A DNA stretch of 30,503 nucleotides from the UHGV virus genome UHGV-0123901. One strand, 5' to 3'. The stretch is from a virus. Positions 24,586 to 30,503 of the stretch are shown one piece after another. The notes below the pieces were generated by a model. That model saw only the letters and a program-made list of their open reading frames with translations. It ran no database searches and had not been told where the DNA came from. The translations under genes were made by a program, and so were the position numbers. Each line of letters opens with the position of its first letter. Position 1 is the first letter of the stretch.

Positions 24586-26874
24586 TTAAAATAAAAACAA
24601 TGCTTCATCTTCAATTCCCGGCCAAACATCAGCAACCGGATACGTGAATTTTTTCCCGTCATAATTTACAGTTGCTCCACGCGCCAGCGCCTCAAGTTCC
24701 CATCGCTGCGGCCTGATACCGTTCTGAGCAAGGTCAACGCGGATACGGGTAATTTGCATTCGTTCCGACCGGGTCAGCCTGGCTGATGGAGCTATTTCAT
24801 GCGGTTTTAACGGGCTTCCGTTTCTTTGCTGACGGTTTGGTGTTCTCAGGTCGTGTTTTAATGCGCCCCTGAGCGCCCTCACGACCTCCGGGTCATTCCA
24901 TTCGATAACACCATCATCAACCAGATTAAGCACTGCTGCGGCGTGCTCAGAAGGCGTGGGAGCCGGTAACGAAGTATCACCACCGGTGAGCTTTCCACAG
25001 TTATTGACAGGACTCCGAGGCGCGGCGATGCCGCTTTTTAAAGTCAAAGGCTCCACGACCGGAACTTTCGGCACAATGCGCCAGTCCGTCGTTCTGGTGA
25101 TATGAATATGACGCGCGCCGAGATGTGGCGCGTAAATGCCGACCACTCTCTCGACTTCTTCCTCGTACTCGTTAACTTCATCCGACGGGCTACGGGCGAC
25201 TCTGACAGTCTGGCAATCGCGCGGAACGTTTGCCCCACCCTGCGCACTGATATACAACGCAAAATCGCCACTGTCTGCGGCAGCGCGTGCAGCCTCGACG
25301 CGTTCGTCAAACTCATCAGCAATGCTGACGCCGCGAGGCAATTTGCGTAGTTCACGGTAAGCCCCCATTGTCGGCAGACCAACCGTTTTAAATTGCGGGA
25401 TGCGCCACGTTGACGCCCATGCAGTAACAGCCGCGGCAGTATCTTTCAGAGGTCTGCCGGTATCGTTATCGAGCTGACCATCCAGTGCATAGCCGTCGAT
25501 GTTTTTTGAGATGTATTTCGCGATATACCCCGCAGCACCGCCCCGATTAAGGTGTTTTGCCTGAAAACGGTTTCGCGCGGCTCCTCTTTCGTCGCCATCC
25601 TCTTTGAGCGCATAGCGACGCATGATTTCAATAATCTGGTTACGCTGGCGTGGATTACAAAAAAGCATCATATGCCAGTGCGGCGTTCCGTCGTGGTGTG
25701 GTTCAACAACACGCAAACCGTAGACCTGTAAATCATTATCCTTGAATGCCGTGCGCATCAGGCTCCAGATACGGCAGAGATAACGCTGCGCATCCTTTGG
25801 ATTAAATGCCTCATCGTTCCAGCCGTGATTAAGCTGCACGGTTTTACTTTCGCCTTTTCCGACCTGACGTGTCGGGTGATACTTTGACGGCGCGGTCAGC
25901 GTGATAAACATCCCCACATCACCCTCTGCAGCGGCGTAACGCTCAATACCGGCAATGGTGTTCATCAGCTCCATCCGGCGAATTTCAGGATTAGAAATAC
26001 TTCCCATCACCTTACTGATAAGGTCGATGCGCTCGCCGGTTTCCCTGTTTTCAAGGTCACACGATTTAAGAAATTCCAGATTTGCCTGGCGGCGTGCACG
26101 CACATCACGAATGGCATGTTTACTGGCATAAGGAGAACGGTCTTTATTGACTTCCCCGACAGCTATCAGTAACGCCTCATGCCAGCGCATACGCTGGCCT
26201 TTAAGCTGATGAGTCCACCACTCATCGTTAAACAGACGGGCAATGGCAGAATATGCCTGCCTCGTGGTCATCTGCCCTTTACGGTATTTTTTCCAGTAGA
26301 GAGGGGAAATATTGAAAGCACGTGCAGCGCCAGCAACATGACCATACAGGTGAGCCTGCGCCTCATCCGTAAACAGCGATTCTTTTTCGCCATGCGCATC
26401 CACCCAGGCATCGCTGAGTTCCTCATACATCATGAAAAGCTGCGATGAGATACGGGCAGCAAACTTTTTCAGCTCCTTGTCATTCATTCCCGGCAGGCGC
26501 GCATAGTGGTCACGCTCTGCCAGAAACAGTAACGACGCGTCGGTGTTCATTTCATGGCGCTGATTCACACGCTCAATGCGCGGCCATAAACGACGCTGAA
26601 AAGTGGATGTGAGGAAATAAAACCCGTGCACCGGGCTTTTATTGCGCCGGATGTAGTCATAGCGTGAAGTAAACAGCGAGCGCAAAAAGTAAGGCAGGCG
26701 GTTAATCGTGGATAAAACACCTTGCACCTGACGCATCTCGTCACGTGTAAGGGGTCTTTCGCGCCCGACAGCCTCGCGTGGCGCGTTCCATGCATAAGCA
26801 CCGGTAAACGCCTTACCGGTGCCTGCGGCAAATGCTGACGGAGGGACAAAACGCCCGGAGGCTTTAACGGCCAT
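24586..26874 (-). CDS. A: rolling-circle replication initiator (P2 gpA-like)
   Basis: 762-aa product starting MAVKASGRFVPPSAF (internal start of the 776-aa ORF), matching the P2 A N-terminus. Confidence 0.9.
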   Translation of the reverse strand: MAVKASGRFVPPSAFAAGTGKAFTGAYAWNAPREAVGRERPLTRDEMRQVQGVLSTINRLPYFLRSLFTSRYDYIRRNKSPVHGFYFLTSTFQRRLWPRIERVNQRHEMNTDASLLFLAERDHYARLPGMNDKELKKFAARISSQLFMMYEELSDAWVDAHGEKESLFTDEAQAHLYGHVAGAARAFNISPLYWKKYRKGQMTTRQAYSAIARLFNDEWWTHQLKGQRMRWHEALLIAVGEVNKDRSPYASKHAIRDVRARRQANLEFLKSCDLENRETGERIDLISKVMGSISNPEIRRMELMNTIAGIERYAAAEGDVGMFITLTAPSKYHPTRQVGKGESKTVQLNHGWNDEAFNPKDAQRYLCRIWSLMRTAFKDNDLQVYGLRVVEPHHDGTPHWHMMLFCNPRQRNQIIEIMRRYALKEDGDERGAARNRFQAKHLNRGGAAGYIAKYISKNIDGYALDGQLDNDTGRPLKDTAAAVTAWASTWRIPQFKTVGLPTMGAYRELRKLPRGVSIADEFDERVEAARAAADSGDFALYISAQGGANVPRDCQTVRVARSPSDEVNEYEEEVERVVGIYAPHLGARHIHITRTTDWRIVPKVPVVEPLTLKSGIAAPRSPVNNCGKLTGGDTSLPAPTPSEHAAAVLNLVDDGVIEWNDPEVVRALRGALKHDLRTPNRQQRNGSPLKPHEIAPSARLTRSERMQITRIRVDLAQNGIRPQRWELEALARGATVNYDGKKFTYPVADVWPGIEDEALFLF

Positions 26875-27139
26875 ATGAGCCAAAAGCCTCTGAACAACGC
26901 TTGCTGAGTTGCTCAACCTGCGCGTTTAAATCAGCAAAAGACTTTGCGCTTCCGGTCAGAATATCGTGATGCATCAGGCCGGAAACGAGCTGGCTTAATT
27001 TCGGGTAATAACCAACCACCGCCAGCCATTCCTGACCGGCATTTTTACCGCTTTCCGCTCTCTTTTTCTCGTGGAGAATAAACTGAAAGCTGTCACTGGT
27101 AACGACATAACGTTCGCCAATTTCGATACGAATACTCAT
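26864..27139 (-). CDS. hypothetical early protein (P2 orf83 position)
   Basis: 91-aa ORF in the operon-packed block between B and A. Confidence 0.55.
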   Translation of the reverse strand: MSIRIEIGERYVVTSDSFQFILHEKKRAESGKNAGQEWLAVVGYYPKLSQLVSGLMHHDILTGSAKSFADLNAQVEQLSKRCSEAFGSYGR

Positions 27140-27360
27140 GCCATTCTCCGGTAATGTTTGTTTTTTGCTTCAAAGACTGACTGACAGGAAACACAACGCG
27201 TGGCTGACGGATAAGCCGCACGACGGGCAGCAGGTATTGGCGCGTCACACTCTTCGCAAACCAGCGCAGAAACACCGCAATGTTTTACCCTTGCCGCGTT
27301 AATCTGGCGCTCCAGTAATTCAGCCTGTTGTTCCTGAATGAAATCTACGTTGTCCGGCAT
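27136..27360 (-). CDS. TraR/DksA-family C4 zinc-finger protein (P2 orf82 position)
   Basis: 74-aa ORF with the four-cysteine finger CGVSALVCEECD...RCVSCQ. Confidence 0.7.
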   Translation of the reverse strand: MPDNVDFIQEQQAELLERQINAARVKHCGVSALVCEECDAPIPAARRAAYPSATRCVSCQSVFEAKNKHYRRMA

Positions 27361-27665
27361 TACCAGTTCCTTTTGTCGTTCAGTTTCTTAAATTCATCAG
27401 CGCAATAGCTGGCGATTTCTGTCGTTAATTTTGTCAGTTCATCCACGGAGGAAATTTGCTTGTGAAATACAGCGCGTTTAACAAGTAAATTGACCACATC
27501 AGACAGGAGGTTTAATTCATTCTGATAAATCGCGATAACAGATTCAGTTATGTCGCGTTTTTCTTTATCAAGACAAAGTTGAATAAGAGACAAATCGCCA
27601 TTTTTCATAACGGCGATTTTTAAGGCGTTATTCAGTAATACAACTGAATGAGAACAGGACATCAA
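27360..27665 (-). CDS. hypothetical early protein (P2 orf81 position)
   Basis: 101-aa ORF, start/stop coupled to neighbours. Confidence 0.55.
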   Translation of the reverse strand: MMSCSHSVVLLNNALKIAVMKNGDLSLIQLCLDKEKRDITESVIAIYQNELNLLSDVVNLLVKRAVFHKQISSVDELTKLTTEIASYCADEFKKLNDKRNW

Positions 27666-27886
27666 AGCACCTCCCCGCGAGACAATCCGATATTGTGAAA
27701 TTTTTCCGACTCCTGACTGAGCAGCTCGACTATCTCCACGCGGGATAACTCCGCCTTTGTGATATGGCGAATCATGGCGTCAAGATGAGAAGAAAAGCGC
27801 GTCGCAGCATCAGCCTGTGCTTCGGTTCTGGCCTGTTGCAGCAGTAATGCGTATTTACCGCACTGATTTTCAGAAACTGTATGCAT
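27662..27886 (-). CDS. hypothetical early protein (P2 orf80 position)
   Basis: 74-aa ORF overlapping the next gene by 4 nt. Confidence 0.5.
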   Translation of the reverse strand: MHTVSENQCGKYALLLQQARTEAQADAATRFSSHLDAMIRHITKAELSRVEIVELLSQESEKFHNIGLSRGEVL

Positions 27887-27949
27887 GACTTTCTCCAGGC
27901 AAAAAGAAGCCCCGCACGATTAAGTGCGTTAAAAACTCTGGTTAATTAC

Positions 27950-28450
27950 TTAATGCAGATATTGCTCTGGTTTTACCGACGTCAGAATTGTCGGTGCATA
28001 CTCAAACAAACTGAATAGTTCACGTAATGCACGGAATAAAGCATCACGCCAGTAACATGACTCTTCATTAATTCGCCAGTATGGCTGATTGAATTCTTTT
28101 TCAGTCAATCCGGCATGCATAAATAAAGTGCGACGCTGACTGACTGTTAAAAAACTAATATATGCATACTCACTTGCACCAACCTGACGGCGTTTTGAGA
28201 ATGCGCCACGCAATTCATCAATTGCACAAACCAGTCGTTCACGTTCGACGTCGTTCATTTCTTCAAAACGCATCGTTGCGTGACGCTGTTTTAACTGCGC
28301 ATGGAAGCAAACCGTTAGCCGTTCGCGTTCCATCATCTGATTATAATAATCGCATGTCTCCTGCCAGCGAGGGACGGCCAGATGCTTACCAATTATCCGG
28401 CGCATAGCTGCTGGCTGTTTTTCAACGAGATTGAGCGTCATCACTGTCAT
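27950..28450 (-). CDS. B: replication protein B (P2 gpB-like)
   Basis: 166-aa ORF, same length and position as P2 B. Confidence 0.85.
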   Translation of the reverse strand: MTVMTLNLVEKQPAAMRRIIGKHLAVPRWQETCDYYNQMMERERLTVCFHAQLKQRHATMRFEEMNDVERERLVCAIDELRGAFSKRRQVGASEYAYISFLTVSQRRTLFMHAGLTEKEFNQPYWRINEESCYWRDALFRALRELFSLFEYAPTILTSVKPEQYLH

Positions 28451-28641
28451 TTCCAGACCCTCCGGCTTTTCAGAAAGGTCAGAGCCTTTTTTAACGGACT
28501 CTGTTTTTTGGTGCGGATAATGATTCCCTTACGCCCCTTACCATGGGTGATGGTGAAGTCAATCGCCCTGGGGCTTTCGTTACGCAATAACTGAGCAATA
28601 CAACGAGGCTCATTCATACGGTTCTCCTTAACGTGGTTCAC
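28447..28641 (-). CDS. hypothetical small basic protein between cox and B (P2 orf78 position)
   Basis: 64-aa ORF overlapping both neighbours. Confidence 0.4.
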   Translation of the reverse strand: MNHVKENRMNEPRCIAQLLRNESPRAIDFTITHGKGRKGIIIRTKKQSPLKKALTFLKSRRVWK

Positions 28642-28903
28642 CGAGACCTAACCACATCAACCAGCCGTCACGAATCTCTTTAGGACGGCTTTCATAAGCC
28701 AGTTTTAGTCCGTTATTCCATGCCGGAAGGTATACCCAATATTCACCAGCACGCCCCGATACTGACTGAGGGTCAGTAATCTCAATAACTGGTAATTTCC
28801 CTTTCTCAATCATGCCCCTTACAGCTCTTGGAGTTTTACCAATGAGTTTTGCAAACTCCTGATAAGGCACGGCATCAGTCACGCTTACAGGCTGTCTATT
28901 CAT
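28628..28903 (-). CDS. cox: Cox excisionase/transcriptional repressor (P2 Cox-like)
   Basis: 91-aa ORF with recognisable ...PYQEFAKLIGK...GKLPVIEITDPQSVSGRAGEYWVYLPAWNNGLKLAYESRPKEIRDGWLMWLGLGEPR; first gene of the early operon. Confidence 0.8.
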   Translation of the reverse strand: MNRQPVSVTDAVPYQEFAKLIGKTPRAVRGMIEKGKLPVIEITDPQSVSGRAGEYWVYLPAWNNGLKLAYESRPKEIRDGWLMWLGLGEPR

Positions 28904-29024
28904 CTGCTACGATTCTCCCTTAGTGCTTCTAATGGCTCCTAATGGCTAATTATTGCCTAAAAGGATAACTCCAGAAGCACAACATTTCACACTATCAGCA
29001 AGAAATTACGCAATCGGAGTAATT
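28904..29024. promoter_or_regulatory. lysis/lysogeny switch region (Pe/Pc promoters and C operators expected)
   Basis: Intergenic region between divergent cox and C starts; contains a tandem 10-bp direct repeat taatggct(c/a) x2 at 28930-28948. Confidence 0.5.
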
Positions 29025-29324
29025 ATGTCAATAGACGTTTCGGAGAAGTTGAAGCTAATCCGTGAATCTGAAAGGTTAAACCGTAAAGAATTCAGTGAAT
29101 TAACTGGTGTAGCCTACAGCTCACTTTCGAGCTATGAGAGCCGGTCAAAAAACGCTGGAGTTGAAGCCATAATGAAGGTCTTACAACATCCTAGATTTAC
29201 TAAATATACTTTGTGGTTCATGACTGATCAGGTAGCTCCAGAAGCCGGGCAAATTGCGCCCGCTCTCGCACACTTTGGGCAAAACGAAACAACGTCGCCC
29301 CACTCCGGTCAAAAGACTGGTTAA
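29025..29324 (+). CDS. C: immunity repressor C (P2 C-like)
   Basis: 99-aa product starting MSIDVSEKLKLIRESE with GGAG RBS 5 nt upstream; C-terminus QIAPALAHFGQNETTSPHSGQKTG matches P2 C as I recall it. Confidence 0.85.
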   Translation: MSIDVSEKLKLIRESERLNRKEFSELTGVAYSSLSSYESRSKNAGVEAIMKVLQHPRFTKYTLWFMTDQVAPEAGQIAPALAHFGQNETTSPHSGQKTG

Positions 29325-29439
29325 CAATTTATCGTGAATATATTCATCACAAGTGCCTACTATTGGTGGCTAAATTTCAGCCACCACGAAAAAAGCGATT
29401 AGTAGTAGCAAAAAAAAGTACCACTCGGAGGGTTTTCTG

Positions 29440-30453
29440 ATGGCAATCAAAAAACTCGATGATGGTCGATATGAAGTGGACATCCGCCCTACTGGACGTA
29501 ATGGAAAACGCATCCGTAGGAAGTTTGATAAGAAAAGCGAAGCTGTCGCTTTCGAAAAATACACGTTGTACAACCACCACAATAAAGAATGGCTATCAAA
29601 ACCAACAGACAAACGACGTCTGTCGGAACTGACACAGATCTGGTGGGATTTAAAGGGTAAACACGAAGAGCATGGGAAATCTAATCTTGGAAAAATTGAA
29701 ATCTTCACAAAAATAACGAATGACCCATGCGCATTTCAAATCACGAAATCCCTTATCAGCCAGTACTGCGCCACCCGAAGAAGTCAGGGTATTAAACCTT
29801 CGAGTATCAATCGTGATTTAACATGTATTAGCGGCATGTTTACAGCCCTGATTGAAGCGGAGTTATTCTTTGGTGAGCACCCTATCAGAGGGACAAAGAG
29901 GCTTAAGGAGGAAAAACCAGAAACAGGCTATCTCACACAGGAAGAAATTGCCTTACTGCTTGCAGCACTTGACGGCGACAATAAAAAGATTGCGATTCTT
30001 TGCCTGAGTACAGGAGCACGTTGGGGAGAAGCAGCTCGTTTGAAAGCAGAAAATATCATCCATAACCGCGTCACGTTTGTTAAAACGAAAACAAACAAAC
30101 CACGCACCGTCCCGATCTCAGAGGCTGTTGCCAAAATGATCGCGGATAACAAACGAGGTTTTTTATTCCCTGATGCTGATTACCCTCGCTTCAGACGAAC
30201 AATGAAAGCAATAAAACCGGATTTGCCAACGGGGCAAGCCACACATGCACTAAGGCACAGCTTTGCCACTCATTTCATGATTAATGGAGGAAGTATTATC
30301 ACGCTACAACGGATACTAGGCCACACGCGGATTGAGCAAACTATGGTTTACGCTCATTTTGCGCCAGAGTACCTTCAGGACGCCATTTCTCTTAATCCGC
30401 TAAGAGGTGGTACTGAGGCCGAGAGTGTCCACACAGTGTCAACAGTAGAGTAA
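29440..30453 (+). CDS. int: tyrosine integrase (P2 Int-like)
   Basis: 337-aa ORF with C-terminal catalytic region HALRHSFATHF...LGHTRIEQTMVYAHF (R/H/R/Y tyrosine recombinase signature). Confidence 0.9.
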   Translation: MAIKKLDDGRYEVDIRPTGRNGKRIRRKFDKKSEAVAFEKYTLYNHHNKEWLSKPTDKRRLSELTQIWWDLKGKHEEHGKSNLGKIEIFTKITNDPCAFQITKSLISQYCATRRSQGIKPSSINRDLTCISGMFTALIEAELFFGEHPIRGTKRLKEEKPETGYLTQEEIALLLAALDGDNKKIAILCLSTGARWGEAARLKAENIIHNRVTFVKTKTNKPRTVPISEAVAKMIADNKRGFLFPDADYPRFRRTMKAIKPDLPTGQATHALRHSFATHFMINGGSIITLQRILGHTRIEQTMVYAHFAPEYLQDAISLNPLRGGTEAESVHTVSTVE

Positions 30454-30503
30454 CGTTTAAGGGCTTTCAGTGGTAATTTATGCCGCTCAAACCCGCATAG
30501 TAC

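Larger units (their letters stand above)
1..30503. mobile_element. P2-family prophage, truncated at both window edges, in reverse orientation relative to the canonical P2 map
   Basis: Gene order D-U-T-E-FII-FI ... H-I-J-W-V-S-R-lys-K-Y-X-L-M-N-O / P-Q / cos / A-B-cox / C-int with ORF lengths matching P2 proteins (e.g. 387, 159, 815, 396, 172, 302, 115, 211, 150, 155, 165, 93, 247, 357, 344, 166, 91, 337 aa); exact P2-type cos 19-mer present. Confidence 0.9.

Noticed and set aside
30454-30503. attL/attP core immediately after int
   Set aside because: Only 50 bp remain and I cannot match them to the P2 att core from memory. No second copy is available in the window for comparison.
1-30503. CRISPR arrays, tRNA or rRNA genes
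   Set aside because: No regularly spaced direct repeats, cloverleaf-compatible segments or rRNA-like sequence were noticed; the window is densely protein-coding phage DNA.

Overview
This window is almost entirely a P2-family (Peduovirus-like) temperate prophage read in reverse of the standard P2 map; both ends run past the window (ogr and the attachment sites are not visible). From the lengths, order and recognisable sequences of the ORFs I read, 5'->3': tail genes D-U-T-E/E'-FII-FI (minus strand), a serine DNA invertase with an invertible tail-fibre segment, baseplate and tail genes H-I-J-W-V-S-R, the lysis cassette lysC/lysB/lysA-K-Y, head genes X-L-M-N-O (minus) and P-Q (plus), an exact P2-type cos site (21581-21599), then the early region A-orf83/82/81/80-B-cox (minus) and C-int (plus). 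The most interesting part is the AT-rich cargo island between cos and gene A (about 21600-24585), the position where P2 carries tin/old. Here it holds a minus-strand operon encoding a small HTH protein, a 316-aa reverse transcriptase with retron-type motifs, and a 266-aa protein with a single C-terminal hydrophobic helix. I could not locate the msr/msd non-coding RNA a retron requires, so the system is best treated as a retron-like candidate defence module of unresolved architecture. No rRNA, tRNA or CRISPR array was seen. All identifications rest on reading the sequence and recalled P2 biology; no database search was run.
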